Below are positions 26,401 through 40,996 of a DNA stretch of 64,000 nt, in pieces. A program made the translations under genes and the position numbers. Origin of the DNA: Anaeramoeba ignava BMAN (lineage: Eukaryota > Protista > Anaeramoebae). The notes under the pieces were generated by a model. That model did not search any database. It worked only from the letters and a program-made list of their open reading frames with translations, and was not told the DNA's origin. Numbering within the stretch: the first letter of the stretch is position 1; each line of letters opens with the position of its first letter. The stretch lies in assembly GCA_028826165.1 (NCBI GenBank), contig JAPDFW010000033.1:558001-622000 (forward strand), read 5' to 3'.

Positions 26401-27726
26401 CCTTTAATGATTGAAAAATTAGATATTATAAACAAATTAGAAGTTTGCTAGAAAAAAAACCAAAATAATTGTTGAAATGATTATATTCATTTTAATTATT
26501 TTTATTATTTTAAAGGTTCTTTCTGATTCTGAAAGAATGAAACAATCCCAAATTCAAAGTAATATTTGTGGAATTCTTCAAAGTTCAACATTGAGACTTG
26601 GTGTTGAAATTTCAAATATTTCAAAACAATTATTGGAATCTCTTTTCAATGTTCTTGAAATTGAAGAATCTTTTGCACATCAAGAAGCAATAATGGCTAT
26701 TCATTCTATAATGAATCGTAAGTTTATTATTAAATTTAATTAAGAAAAAAAAAAAGTGGAACAAAAATTAACGGAAAAAAAAAAAAAAAGAAATTGGTGA
26801 ATTTTTTTCTCCAAATATCCCAAGATTTGTAGAATTTTTAATCAGAGGTTTAAAGAGTATTTATCAACAAAACTTATCTCAGATTTCTGTTGAAGTGATT
26901 GGAGAATTATTTAGAGATTTTCCTGATTATATTTCTTCACGTTCTGATGAAATTATTAATTTAATTTTGGAAATTTTGAATTTTCCCGAATTCGAAATTT
27001 CAACTAAAATTTGCTATTTTACTTGTTTAGCTGATATTTCAATTAGTATTCAAGTAAAATTTGAGCCATATTTAGATTTAGTAATGGAATTTGCAAAAAG
27101 AATTTGTGAATTAGATTTTAATCAAGTAAAATTTATTATTCTATTCAAAAAAAAAATATTTATTAATTTTGAATTAATTTAGAAGAATGTTGAAGAAATT
27201 GTTAATTTTTATTTACTTTCAAAAGCTGCATTTGAAGTTTTTACAGGAATTATTTATGGATTTTCAAGAGTAAACCAACAATCTAGAATTGAAAAATATA
27301 TAAAACAAATGGCAAGTTTAATTGAAAAAATATCAACAATTCCTTTTGAATTTCAAGATGTTGAAATTTTACAAAGTTCATGTGGATTAATAGGGTATTA
27401 TTATAAATTTAATTTAATTTAATTTAATTTAATTTAATTTAATTTAATTAATAATTTTAAAAATAATTTTTTGCTAATTCAAAAAAAATGGACTGAAAAG
27501 AAAAAAAAATATTTATTTTTTAATTTCTTATTTAATTTCTTATTTAATTTATTTTTTAATTTATTTTTTAATTTCTTATTTATTTAGGGATATAATTCAA
27601 TGTTTTGGAAATGATATGAAAACTGTTTTTAATCCTTTATTAATTAAAGAGTTAATTAAAATGAGTTTGAATACAAATGATCAAAATTTAATTGAAACTG
27701 CAAAATGGGTTTCTTCAATATTTTAA
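23401..27726 (+). CDS. KPNB1: Importin beta-1 (karyopherin beta), multi-exon
   Basis: IRQEAEQKI, SRHLAGIVLKN, IALIEIP...W, KAIEFWTSICEKE, DENEWDPSKASVVCI, WTSWTISRIC, NLRVVSYESI. About 10 GT-AG introns; TAA at 27724-27726. Confidence 0.88.
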
Positions 27727-27824
27727 AAAGAATTTTTATTTTGATTTGAAATTTCTTTGATTATCAAAAAGAATAAAAATTGAAAAGAAAGAAAGAAAAT
27801 AAAAATGATAATTTCATTTATTTT

Positions 27825-29806
27825 TTATTTTCTTTTTAACCAATCCCAAATAAATTTAATTTCTCCAGTATAAATAGCAGAAGGAGCTTCAATAAAATTA
27901 TTTCCAGAAATCAAAAAACAAGAAAGATTTGAAAGATTAAGAAGAGATTTAGGAAGAAATTCTAAATTACTTTTTTTTTTCCGATTTTAAAATTTTTTTT
28001 CCGATTTTAATTTTAATTTTAATTTTAATTTTAATTTTAATTTTAATTTAAATTTTAATTTTAATTTTAATTTAATTTACTTTGATCGAATATCTAAATA
28101 ATCTAATAAAGATAAAGATCCTAAAGAAGTTGGTAATTCTATAATTTGATTATTAGATAAATTTAAAAAAAGTAATTGTTTCAAATTTTCAATTTCTTTT
28201 GGAATTTGAACAAATCTATTATCAGAAAGATCAAGAGCTTGAAGATTTTTAAGAAAACAAATTTCATTTGGAAAAATTGACCAATTTGCAAAATTAATTT
28301 TCAAAACATTAAGACTGGTAAAGTTATTCAAAGAAGAAATTGATAAAGGAGGTTTTTCAAGATAGAATTGAGGCATTGATAAAAGAGATCTTGAAATTTC
28401 CAAAAAATTTAAATTTGGATTTCCTGAAATTTTTTCTGGAATAGTTTCAATTTCCGGCGAATGTAAAACTATTTTTTGAATTTTTGTGAAATCAGCCAAA
28501 AAATCAAGATTATCAGCTAAAAAACTACAATCATAAAGCATTAACTCTTCAAGTGAATTTTGGAATGTTTTTGTGATTTTTTCAAATTCTTGTGTTTTGA
28601 GTTTTCTTGTTCTTGATAAAGATAATCTTTTTAAATATCTTGCATTTTGTGTTAGATATGATAATGCTTTTGATGTTAGTGAGAATCCTTGATTGATTTT
28701 TAATTCTTCTGTTCTAAGTGAGTGTCTAATTGCTGATTTCACTTTTGAATCTGTTATTGCTTGTGAAGCTAAAGAAACCTCAATTTTTCTAATTTTTTAT
28801 TAAGGTTTTGAATTTTAAATTGATTTTTTGAATTGATTTTGATTTTGATTTTGATTTTTTTTAATTTTATTTTAATTTTAATTTCAATTTTAATTTCAAT
28901 TTGAATTTTGATTTTGAATTGATTTTGATTTTGATTTTGATTTTGAAATTGATTTTGATTTTGATTTTGATTTTGATTTTGAATTTTAAATTGATTTTGA
29001 TTTTGATTTTGATTTTGATTTTAATTTTGAATTTGATATTGATTTTGATTTTGATTTTAATATTGATTTTGATTTTGATTTTAATATTGAATTTGATTTT
29101 GATTTTGATTTTGATTTTGATTTTAAATTTGATATTGATTTTGGTATTGATATTGATATTGATATTGATTTTGATTTTGATTTTGATTTTGATTTTGATT
29201 TTGATTTTGATTTTAATTTTTATTTTGATTTAAATTTTGATTTTGGTTTTGATTTTAAATTGATTTTGATTTTTGATTTTGGTTTTGATTTTAATGAAAT
29301 TGAGAATTTGTTTAAATTTTTGAGAATTTTCTTTAAATTTTGATTTAGATTAAATTAATTTAGATTGTGATTTTATTTTAAAATTGATTAGATCTAATTG
29401 AGAACTTGATTCTAAAATATAAAAATTACTTCCATAATTGAAAATCATAAGCTAAAAAGAAAAAACGAGTGCAAGTTTTAGAACAAATATGAAGATAATC
29501 TTTTCTTAAATATTGAAAAATATAAAGAACTATTTCATCAGGAAGCAATCCAAAAACACTATCTAAATCACCTTCTCTAATATTTTCCATTATATATTTT
29601 CTTGTACTTTTCTCTTTGTTTTCAAGATTTTCAATCATTCGATCAGATATATTTTCATTTTTACGGAAATGAGCTAAATTTTTAAATTTTAAATTTTATT
29701 TTAATTTTATTTTTATTTTAATTTTAAATTTAATTTAATTTTTAATTTTATTTTTAATTTTGATTTTAATTTTGATTTGAAATCAAGATTTACATTGATT
29801 TCCCAT
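27825..29806 (-). CDS. F-box + leucine-rich-repeat protein, N-terminal MGNQ (possible myristoylation); 4 exons
   Basis: F-box LPDEIVLYIFQYL...CSKTCTRF...D..LW; LRRs LKNLQALDLSDNRF and LKQLLFLNLSNNQI. Exons ~29806-29794, 29673-29430, 28788-28081, 27969-27825. Confidence 0.85.
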
Positions 29807-30067
29807 TTTCAAAACAATCAAAAAATTCAAAAAAAAAATGAAAAAAATGGAAATGTTTTTTTTTGGTTTTGAAGGTTTTTTTTTCTTTCTTTTTGGAATT
29901 AAAATTAAAAATAGAAATAGAATTAAAATTAAAAATCAAATTAAAATTAGAATTAGAATTAAAATTAAAATTAAAATTAAAATTAAAATTAAAATTAAAA
30001 TTAAAAATAGAATTAAAATTAAAATTAAAATTAAAATTAAAATTAAAAGAAGATAAAAATTAAATCC

Positions 30068-31602
30068 TTAATCATTTCTTTTTAACTACTTTTCTTGTTT
30101 TGCTTGGAGATAAAGTTGTGTATACATTCATAACCAACTTTTCAAGATAAGAAGGAGTACTAAAAAATTGAGCAGAAAAAGGAGCTTGAGGTTTTAAATT
30201 TGCAAATTTAAGTGGTTTTGAAGGTGTTTTGTTAATATTTGGTTCATCTGTTGTTTTTATTGATGGAACTAATGGATATAAAGATTGTTTTGGTAATTTT
30301 TGAGTTCGGTGATGTTTGATTTGTGGATTTAAATCAAAATCAACTTTGGATTCTTCTTGTTTTTTTCTTTTTTTTGTTTGTTTTTCATCATTTTCACTTT
30401 CATTTTCACTTTCATTTTCATTTTCATTTTCATTTTCATTTTCGTTTTCATTTTCATTTTCATTTTCATTTTCATTTTCATTTTCATTTTCATTTTCATT
30501 TTCATTTTCATTTTCATTTTCATTTTCATTTTCATTTTCATTTTCATTTTCATTTTCATTTTCATTTTCATTTTCATTTTCAATTTCGTTTTCATTTTCG
30601 CTTTCATTTTCGTTTTCATTTTCGTTTTCAATTTGAATTTCATTGTTTTCATTGTTTTCATTGTTTTCATTGTTTTCATTGTTTTCATTTTCAATTTGAA
30701 TTTCATTGTTTTCTTTTGTTCGAACAAAAAATCGTTTGATTTTACTAATACTTCCTTGGAGAAATGTAAAATATTTTTTTTCTGGAATAATTTGATTTTG
30801 ATTTTCATTTTGATTTTCATTTTCATTTTGATTTTCATTTTGATTTTCATTTTGATTTTCATTTTCATTTCATTTTCATTTTGATTTTGATCTTCATTTT
30901 GATCTTCATTTTGATCTTCATTTTGATTTTCATTTTGATTTTCATTTTGATTTTGTTCTTGATTTTCATTTTTTTTCATTTTCATTTTCATTTTGATTTT
31001 CATTTTGTTCTTCATTTTCATTTTCATTTTCATTTTCATTTTGTTCTTCATTTTCATTTTGATTTTGTTCTTGATTTTGTTCTTCATTTTCATTTAAACC
31101 CAAAATAAATTTATATTTTTCTTTTTGATTTTCTTTTGAAAATTTGCCTTAATTTTTAATTTTTAAATTTTTAAAAAAAAAAAAACGTTAAAAAAATTAA
31201 ATTAAATTAAAAAAAATTAAATTAAATTAAATTAAATTAAAAATTTAACGATCAATTAAAAAAATTAAAAGGAAAATTTGTTTGTTTTTTTTTTTGCTTT
31301 TTTTTTTACAAAATTCAATAGAAATATTTGGTATTTGACAACGAGTTGATAAAATTCGATTTGCATGAATTAAAGCAGAAAGAAAATTTGAGATTTCTTC
31401 TTGTACAGATTCTTCTTTTAAATGATTTTGAATTTCTTGTTGACTTTTATATTTAATTTTTTTATATTTTAATTTTCTTATATTTTAATTTTTTTATATT
31501 AAATTTTTTTTACTCATTTTTTTCTTGAGGAATAAATTTAATTTGAATTTCATCTCCAATATAATTAAAAGTTTGATAAAAATTTAACTTTGAAAAATCC
31601 AT
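30068..31602 (-). CDS. Hypothetical protein with E/N low-complexity (GAAAAT)n tract; exon structure uncertain
   Basis: ATG at 31602 (MDFSKLNFYQTFNYIGDEIQIKFIPQEK), coding-like exon ~31443-31310, and C-terminus ...KPLKFANLKPQAPFSAQFFSTPSYLEKLVMNVYTTLSPSKTRKVVKRND*. Phases do not join cleanly, so indels are likely. Confidence 0.45.
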
Positions 31603-31773
31603 TTTATTATTATTATTATTAAAGAATTTAAAAAGGAAAAAATGAAAAAAAAAAAATTAAAAAAAATAAAAAAAAAAAAAGAGGAAAAAAAAAATTTAAA
31701 AAAAGGAGAAAAATTATTTTATTTTTTTTTTTTTTTTCATTTTTTTTTTCATTTTTTTTTTTGCTTTTATTTT

Positions 31774-34700
31774 ATGGGAAATCAACCTCATTCTGAAATT
31801 GATTCAATTCAAGATGGAAAAGTTGGGATTAATATTGTAAAAGTATTTCCAAATTCACCAGCAGAAAAAGCAGGATTAAATTTATTTTTTGATTATATTA
31901 TCTTTGCAAATGGAATAAGACTTGTAATTAAATCAAATAAAAACACGTTTTTTTTTAAATAAAAAAATATAAAATTAATTATAAAATTATTTATAAAATT
32001 ATTTATAAAATTATTTATAAAATTATTTATAAAATTATTTATAAAATTATTTATAAAATTATTTATAAAATTATTTATAAAATTATTTATAAAATTATTT
32101 ATAAAATTATTTATAAAATTATTTATAAAATTAAATATAAAATTTATAAAATTATTTATAAAATTATTTATAAATTTATTTTATAAAATTATTTATAAAT
32201 TTATTTATAAAATTATTTATAAATTTATTTATAAAATTATTTATAAATTTATTTATAAAATTATTTATAAATTTATTTATAAAATTATTTATAAATTTAT
32301 TTATAAAATTATTTATAAATTTATTTATAAAATTATTTATAAATTTATTTATAAAATTATTTATAAAAATTATTTATAAAATTATTTATAAAATTATTTA
32401 TAAATTTATTTATAAAATTATTTATAAAATTTATTTATAAAATTATTTATAAAATTAAATATAAAATTAAATATAAAATTAATTATAAAATTATTTATAA
32501 AATTATTTATATAAAATTATTTATAAAATTATTTATAAAATTATTTATAAAATTAAATATAAAATTATTTATAAAATTATTTATAAAATTATTTATAAAA
32601 TTATTTTATAAAATTATTTATAAAATTATTTATAAAAATTTAATTATTAAATTATTTATTAAATTATTTATAAAATTATTAATAAAATTATTAATAAAAT
32701 TATTAATAAAATTATTAATAAAATTAATTTATAAAATTATTTATAAAATTTTATAAAATTATTTATAAAATTATTTTATAAAATTATTTATAAAATTATT
32801 TATAAAATTAAATATAAAATTAATTATAAAATTAATTATAAAATTATTTATAAAATTATTTATAAAATTATTTATAAAATTATATATAAAATTATTTATA
32901 AAATTATTTATAAAATTATTTATAAAATTAATTATAAAATTAAATATAAAATTAAATATAAAATTAATTATAAAATTATTTATAAAATTATTAATAAAAT
33001 TATTTATAAAATTATTTATAAAATTAATTATAAAATTATTTATAAAATTAATTATAAAATTATTTATAAAATTATTTATAGAATTAAATATAAAATTAAA
33101 TATAAAATTATTTATAAAATTATTTATTAAATTAATTATAAAATTATAAAATTTTTGTAGAATAAAGATGATTCAACTTTTATGGAAATTATTAAAGAAC
33201 ATGAAAACAAAGAATTGAATTTAACTATTTATAATATCAAAACAAAAAAGCTTCGAGGTAAAAAAAATATTTTTCTTTTGAATTTTGAATTTTAAATTAA
33301 AGAAGGGAATTTTGATTAATTGATTTAGATATTATTGTTATTCCAAAAAAGGGATGGGGTGGAGACAGTTTATTAGGTAATAATTTAATTATTTTATTTT
33401 TAAATTTTTATTTTTATTTAATTTGATTTATTTTTTTGTTTCTTTAGGAATTACAATTCGTTTTGCTTCTTTTGAAAATTCTGGTCAAATTGTTTATAGA
33501 GTGCTTGTATGCCATTTATATTTATTACCTTTAATACTCTTTATTTTATATAAGAAATTAAAATTAAAATTAAAATTAAAATTAAAATTAAAATTAAAAT
33601 TAAAATTAAAATTAAAAATTAATTAAAATTAATATTAAAATTAAAATTAATAAAATTAAAATTAATATTAATATTAATATTAAAATTAAAATTAAAATTA
33701 AATATTAAATTAAAATTAAAATCAAAATTAAAATTAAAATCAAAATTAAAATTAAAATCAAAATTAAAATTAAAATTAAAATTAAAATTAAAATTAAAAT
33801 TAAAATTTAAAATTAAAATTAAAATCAAAAATCAAAATTAAAATTAAAATTAAAATCAAAAATCAAAATTAAAAATAAAATTAAAATTAAAATTAAAATT
33901 AAAATTAAAATTAAAATTAAAAATTAAAAATTAAAATTAAAAAAAATTAAAATTATAAAATTAAAATTTAAAATTAAAATCAAAAATAAAAAAAATTAAA
34001 ATTTAATTAAAAATTAAAATTAAAAAAAATTAAAATTAAAATTAAAAATTAAAAATTAATACTATAATTAAAATTAAAATTAAAAATTAAAATTAAAAAT
34101 TAAAATTAGACATTAAAATTAAAATTAAAATCAAAATTAAAATTAAAATTAAAATCAAAATTAAAATTAAAATTAATATTCAAATTTAATTAAAAATAAA
34201 AATTAAAATTAATAATCAAAATTAATAATCAAAATTAAAATTAAAATCAAAATTAAAATTAAAATTCAAAATTAAAATTAAGAATGTTGCAAAAGATTCA
34301 CCAGCAGAAAAAGTTGGATTACAACCTGAAACTGATTTTATTGTTGGATCTTCTAATTTTATATTTGAAAAAGAAAAAGATCTTGATCAAGTTATTTCTT
34401 TTAATCTTGAAAAACCAATTCCATTATTCATTTATAATGAAATTACAGATGAAGTTCGAGAAATTGAAATAATTCCATCTCATAAATGGGGTGGAGAAGG
34501 AAGGTATTAAAATTGAACTTAAAATTAAAAATAATTAAAATTAAAATTAAAATTAAAATTAAAATTAAAATTAAAATTAAAATTAAAATTAAAATTAAAA
34601 TTAAAATTAAAATTAAAATTAAAATTAAAATTAAAATTTAAAATTAAAATTAAAATTTAAAATTAAAATTAAAATTAAAATTAAAATTAAAATTAAAATT

Positions 34701-35507
34701 AAAATTAAAATTAAAATTAAAATTAAAATTAAAATTAAAATTAAAATTAAAATTAAAATTAAAATTTAAATTAAATTAAAATTAAAATTAAAATTAAAAT
34801 TGAAATTAAAATTAAAATTAAAATTAAAATTAAAATTAAGTCTTGGTTGTGAAATTGGATTTGGAGCTATTCATAAAATTAAACCAAAAAATGTTCCTCC
34901 AACAAAAGAAAACAAAGAAAATAAAGAAAATAAAGAAAATAAAGAAAACAAAGAAAATAAAGAAAATAAAGAAAATAAAGATAAAATTGAAGATAAAATC
35001 GAAAATAAAGATAAAATTGAAGATAAAATCGAAAATAAAGAAAATAAAGATAAAATTGAAGATAAAATTGAAGATAAAATTGAAAATAAAATCGAAGAAA
35101 AAATTGAAGATAAAATTGAAAATAAAATCGAAAATAAAAATGAAGATAAAAATGAAGATAAAATCGAAAATAAAATCGAAAATAAAATTGAAGATAAAAA
35201 TGAAAATAAAATTGAAGAAAAAATTGAAAATAAAATCGAAAATAAAATTGAAGATAAAATTGAAAATAAAATCGAAAATAAAATCGAAAATAAAATTGAA
35301 AATAAAATTGAAGATAAAATTGAAAATAAAATCGAAAATAAAATTGAAAATAACCAAAAAGAATTTAAGAAATTCTCAAAACAAGAAAACAAAGAAATAA
35401 TTCCACAAACTTCAAACGAAAAACCTATTCAAACAAATCAAAATGAAGAAGATCCTTTAGTTAAAGCAAAACGTTTATTTGAAGCAAGAAGAAAAAAAAA
35501 TAATTAG
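31774..35507 (+). CDS. GORASP: Golgi reassembly stacking protein (GRASP55/65, Grh1), 6 exons
   Basis: MGNQ N-terminus; tandem PDZ-like GRASP domain: KVFPNSPAEKAGL..FFDYII, PKKGWGGDSLLGITIRF, DSPAEKVGLQPETDFIVG, PSHKWGGEGSLGCEIGFGAIHKI. C-terminal (KIEN/KIED)n 12-bp repeat. Confidence 0.92.
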
Positions 35508-35697
35508 AAAAATTTCACTTTTTTTTTTTATTCTTTTGATCAATTCAAAAACAAATTTTTTTCTTTTTTCTTTTTCTTTTTCTTTTTCTTTTTAAAAGTG
35601 GATTCTTTTAAGCAAATAAATTTTCAAGAAATTAAAATAATATTTTTTGAATTGTTTGTTTGTTTGTTTGTTTGTTTGTTTGTTTGTTTTTCAATTT

Positions 35698-37665
35698 TCA
35701 ATTTTCATTTATTTGAGAAAAAAAAGGTTTTGAAAAAGATTTTTGTTGTTGAAAAAGAAGTAAAGAATTAGAACGAGTAAATCGATGACCAAAAAAAGTT
35801 TCAGATTCCTCTTTAAGTTATTAAAATAAATAAATTAAAAAATTAATTAAGCAAAAAAAGTTCTTAAAAAAGTTCTTATTTTTTTTTTTACTTTGTTCTG
35901 GATGAAATAATTCACTTTTTGATCTTAAAATTGATTTTTTCATTGCTGGTAAAAAAGAAAAAGGAGCATGAAAACTTTCATCACTATCAGAAGCATCATC
36001 ATTTAAACTTTCATCAATACTAATTTCACTATCGGTTTCAATTTGAGATTGAGTTGTTGTTGGATCGGAAATTGATGTCATTGGAATATTTGATTTTTCT
36101 GTGAAAAGAAACTGTTTTGGTTGCAATCTTTGTATTAATTTTTCGAAATCTTCACTTTCAAGAAATCTACTTAATGAATTGGTTTTAATTAATCTGATTA
36201 CAATTTGTTTTGCTTGATCAAATATTGTTGAATCTGCATTTGGAAGTTGATTTTTAATTTGATTTCTAATTCCATATTCAATATTAATCTGAAAAAGATT
36301 TTTTTAATTTTAATTTTAAATTTTAATTTTAATTTTTAATTTTAATTTGAAATACTTCTGATTCTGAATTTTCTTTAACAAATTTATTGTATATTTCTTG
36401 TGCCTTTTTATGCATTTCAATTGGATCTTCAATTTTTTTATAATTTTCAACTTCAATAAAAAAATCCAAATTTTCAAAACAAAATTCTTTTTTCAAAAAA
36501 TTCCTTTTTGTTTTTGTTTTTGTTTTAAAATTTAATTGAAAATTTTAAATTAAATTTCAAATTAAATTCATTTTACCCTAAAAATTTTCTTCCATATTTA
36601 TTTCGAAATATAAATTCAATAGATGATGCTTCAGTAATTGGATCCTCCATATCAACAATCTCTGTGTGAGATTTATCTTGGACTAAAAGTAAAATTTCTT
36701 TTGTTTTTTCTGAATATTGTTTAAAAAAATTTAAGAATCCATTTGAAAACTAAAAGAAAAAAAAATATTTGAAAAAAATATCATGATTTAAAATGAAAAA
36801 ATCCAATCTTTCGTGAATAAGGAAATTGAATAATACTTGAATAAAAGTTTCTGAAAGGAAATCATGCCGTTTTTCTATTATAATTTCCATATCTTTTAAT
36901 AAATTATTTTCAAATTGTTGAAATTGTTCATTTTGGATATTTTCATTTTCAAGTTTTTCTAACATAATTTCTCTTTCTTTTAATTGATCCTTTGAGATTG
37001 AGTTAATATGAGAAAAAATGATAAATGATGAAATGATTAAAATAATTAATGAAACAGGAAAAACTAAATGGAAAATATAATTGTTTTTTTTTTTGAAAAA
37101 ATTTTACTTGAATTTTTCTACAAATAAGATAAAGTGAATGAACTTTTTGAATGTGTTTTGAATCACATTCAATAAACTATTTTTTGAGTGTGTAATATTT
37201 TAACACAAAATAAAGAATTAATTTCCTTTTTTTTATATAAAAAAATGGAAAAAAAATTAATACAAATTGTGACCATTCTTCAAGCATTTTTAACAAAATA
37301 TTTTGGATTTTTTTAATTGATGAATTAAGTGTTCCTTGTGGATCAAAGAACATTGAATAATTTCTGAGAAGATGAGTGAGATATTTGAATAAAGCTAAAT
37401 GGAAAATTTGGGGAAAATTAAATCAAAAAAAAAATTAAAAAAAAATCTAGAAAAAAATATTGATTAAAAATATACATTGAATAGAATATAATAAATTATC
37501 AAAATTGCAAGCCATATTTGAAACAACATTTGCTAGTCTTAAAAAAGTTGATTGGATATCAATAAATTTTGATTCCTAAAAATTAAAATTAAAATCAAAA
37601 TTTGAATTAAAAAATTAAAATTAAAATTAAATTAAAAAATTTATTTTAACTTGTAGAATCGACAT
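35698..37665 (-). CDS. RGS (regulator of G-protein signalling) domain protein, multi-exon
   Basis: FLKKEFCFENLDFFIEVENYK...KAQEIYNKFV..SESEINI...FDQAKQIVIRLIKTNSLSRFLES at ~36580-36150. ATG at 37665, TGA at 35700-35698. One probable indel near 37185. Confidence 0.75.
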
Positions 37666-37685
37666 TTAAAAATAAATTAAGAAAT

Positions 37686-37730
37686 TTAAATGAAAAAAAT
37701 GAAAAAAATGAAAAATGAAAAATGAAAAGA
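37686..37730 (-). promoter_or_regulatory. Example of tandem TCATTTT initiator-like motif just upstream of an ATG
   Basis: Five TCATTTT copies on the coding strand ~25-65 nt upstream of the RGS ATG. The same strand-specific motif precedes most genes in the window. Confidence 0.55.
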
Positions 37731-37737
37731 ATTCTTT

Positions 37738-40551
37738 TTAATTTTTTTTTGATAAATCTTCAATTCTAAACATAATTTGAATTGCTTTTGGATTAATACT
37801 TCTATTTGGAAAAATAATATTTAAATCTAAAGTTTGAAAAATAGAAATTCTTTTTTGAATTAAACGAACATTTGAAAATTTTTTAAGAATTTTTTTTGTT
37901 GAAGAAACAATAAAAGATTTTCTTGAAGAATTTTTTCTATTTTTTCTTTTAGAATTTTGATTGAAATTTTGATTGAATTTTGATTGAATTTTTGATTTGA
38001 ATTTTGATTGAAATTTTGATTGAAATTTTGATTGAATTTTTGATTGAATTTTTGATTTGAATTTTCATTTTGTTGATTTGTTTTGATAAAATCAGAAGGA
38101 TGTTGGAAAAATAATGTAACAGAAGTTTGCGAAGAAAAGTCAATAGCAAGAAGTCCTGTACATTTAAAAAAGAATAGTTTTTGAATTAGACAAAAATCTG
38201 GAATGTAAAATTTAAGCGAATCAGGAAAAATTTCAAGAAGTGAAGCTTTTTTGCTCAAAGTTTTTCCTTGAAAAAGTGTTGATAAAAAAAGTTTATTGCT
38301 TTGAACCGAACATTGTTTAGCTTTTCTAGTTTTTTATATTGCAATGATTGCAGATAATTTTAAGTCCAATATTTGAAGGAACTAAATTAAGTGAAAGAAT
38401 ATCTTCTTGAATTGAATTATTTTTAGAAAGTTTTAATCCAGAAAGGGAAGCTGTAAGTAGTTTGTGAACTGTTATATCGATATAACGACGAATTGGAGAT
38501 GTGAAATGTGTGTATACTTGAGCATTTAAATCGTAATGCTAATGAATTTTTTTTAAATAAAAATTGAATTAATTTTTAATTTTTAAATTTTTGAATTAAT
38601 TTTTAAATTAATTTTTAAATTTATTTTTGAATTAATTTTTTAAATTTGTTTTTAAATTTGTTTTTAAATTAATTTTTAAATTGTTTTTTGAAATTGTTTT
38701 TAAATAAATTTAATTTACACGAAAATTATCTGTTTCGAGTTCAGGATCACCAGTTGAAATATATTCTGCACTTGATTGACTTGAAATTAATCTTTGTTGA
38801 ATAATCTAATAAAAAAATAAAATAAAAAAATAAAAAAATCGGAAAAAAATTTCCTTTTAATTAATTGAAAAATAATTATAAATTTGTAAATACATTGAAA
38901 ATTTGAGGGTCTAAATTTTTCTGAAGAACAAGCAAAGAATCATGGAAAGACTTTAGGGAAGAAGAATCTACAGTAAGACCTAAATCATTGCATAGTTGAG
39001 CAACGATCTGGACTTGATTTAAATCAGGAGGAGGATGTCTTCTCAAAATGGAATTTTTTGGGAAGGATTTAAAAATAATCATAGCAATGGTCTGATTAGC
39101 CAAGACCATCAGTGATTCAACGAGAAGATGAGCATCCAAAGTAACTTTGCGATGAACATCAAGAGGATTGCCACTTTGATCAAGAACGAAATTGAGCTCA
39201 TTTTCTGGACTTTCAATTCTAGCTCCGGATAACTGTCGAATTTTTCTTAAAAGTTTGGAAAGAAAATTCAACTCAGTAAGACTTTTGGCAACAGGAATCA
39301 AAGAAGAATCAAACGGTTCGATCTTTCCGTCGAGGAGTTCTTGGGCTTTATTGTAGCTCAAATTGACACAAGGTTTGATAATGGATCTTCCAACCCATTG
39401 ACTTGAAATGAAAATATTGACGTTTTCAAAAAAATCTTTAGAAACAGAACTTAAGCATTCATCAATATCCAAATATTCTTTTCGGGAATTCTGCTGCGAA
39501 TTTGATTTGCGCAGAAAAGAGAAATTCCAGATTACAGAATATGCAAATTTATCCTCTCCAGCACTCAAACTGCAGAGACATTCGCTCAGTATTTTAGGAA
39601 GCATGGGTATACAACGATCAACAAGGTACACAGAAGTTGCTCTGTGTCGTGCCTCCACATCTAGTTTGCTGTTGGGCTCGACAAAAAAACTGACATCAGC
39701 AATGTGTACACCAACTTCTAAAGTGTATGAATTTAACCGACGACAATGGACTGCGTCGTCTAAGTCCCCTGCTCCTTCAGGGTCGACTGTGAAGACCTGT
39801 ATGTCGCGCAGATCTTTCCGCTTCGAGATCTCCTCATCTGTGATTCTCAATTGAGGCCTACTCTTTCCTCTTTCATATCTCTCAAGAATTGACTCTGGAA
39901 ATTCTTCAACCACTGAATGCTCAATTAAAATTCCTATTTGCTCAGCTTTTAAATCCCCAACAATACCGATAATCCTGTGGATTTTTGCTTCGGGCAATCT
40001 CTTTTCTCCCCATCTTATACTCTTGATGATCACCAACGATTCTAAAAAAAGTTTTTCATCTTGTAGAATGTTTTTTGGTATTTGTGTTTTTTGAATTAAA
40101 ATTAATGGAAATTTTTTGTTTCTTGGTCTAAATAGGATTTTTTTTGGATCATCAGTTTCTCGAGAATTAAGCATAAATGTCCCGATCAAATACTTAGGCT
40201 TTTTATCCTGTACAATGCGTACAATTCTTGCCACGTTTTTTGATTGTTGTTTTTTTTGTTCGTTTTGTTTATTTGCTTCCATCATGACTTCAACTTCGAC
40301 AACATCGCCGTGCATTGCTCGTGCCTTTTTATTAGTGTTCTGCACATGGAAATATCGATTGTCGTCTTTTATTAAAAGCTTTCCATACATCATTGGTGAT
40401 GTCACTACACAGAATGTTCCAATCTATTGAGTCGTTATTTGACAGTTTCATTGGTTTTTTTTTTTTTTTATTAGTTTTTTTTCCTTTTTTTAAATTTGTT
40501 TTATTTTAATGTTGATTTGATTTTTTTTACTAAATGGTTTTTTTGGTTCAT
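37738..40551 (-). CDS. RNase II/RNB-family 3'-5' exoribonuclease, DIS3L2-like (no PIN domain)
   Basis: CSD motif [13 protein letters not shown]; catalytic [16 protein letters not shown]; VGVHIADVS; RATSVYLV; [11 protein letters not shown]; ILRRHPPP; [18 protein letters not shown] 21-nt first exon (MNQKNHL) lies at 40551-40531. Homopolymer indels at ~38333 and ~37895. Confidence 0.85.
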
Positions 40552-40996
40552 TTTTTTTTTGGTTTAAATGGAAAAAGAATTGAAAAAAATGGAAAAAAAA
40601 ATGAAAAAAGGAAAAATAAAAAAAATGGATAAATGATGTAAGAATGAGTAAAAAATAAAATAAAATTAGTAATTATTTTATTTTAACAGAAACTAATTAA
40701 AAAAAAATAACAACTCTAAATTTAAAATCAAATTAAAATTTAAATTAAAATTTAAATTAAAATGTCAATTTTTTTTATTTTATAATTTTTATTTTTAAAA
40801 ATTTTTTTTTTATTTTTTTTCTTTTTCCATTTTTTTCTTTCTTCTTTTTATTTTTTTATTTTTTTTTTCTTTTTATTTTCTTTTTGTTTATTCTTTTTAA
40901 TTCAAATTCAAATTCAAATTCAAATTCAAATTCAAATTTTCTTTTTTAAAAACAAAAAAATTAAATTTTTTTCAACACAATTTTTATAAATTTTAA

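Noticed and set aside
31149-31309. Possible microexon fixing the phase mismatch in the hypothetical gene
   Set aside because: No AG-Nx-GT unit was found on the minus strand in this intron; a homopolymer indel is the simpler explanation.
35698-40551. RNB-RGS fusion protein
   Set aside because: The RNB gene has its own stop at 37740-37738, and the RGS gene has its own ATG (37665) preceded by TCATTTT motifs.
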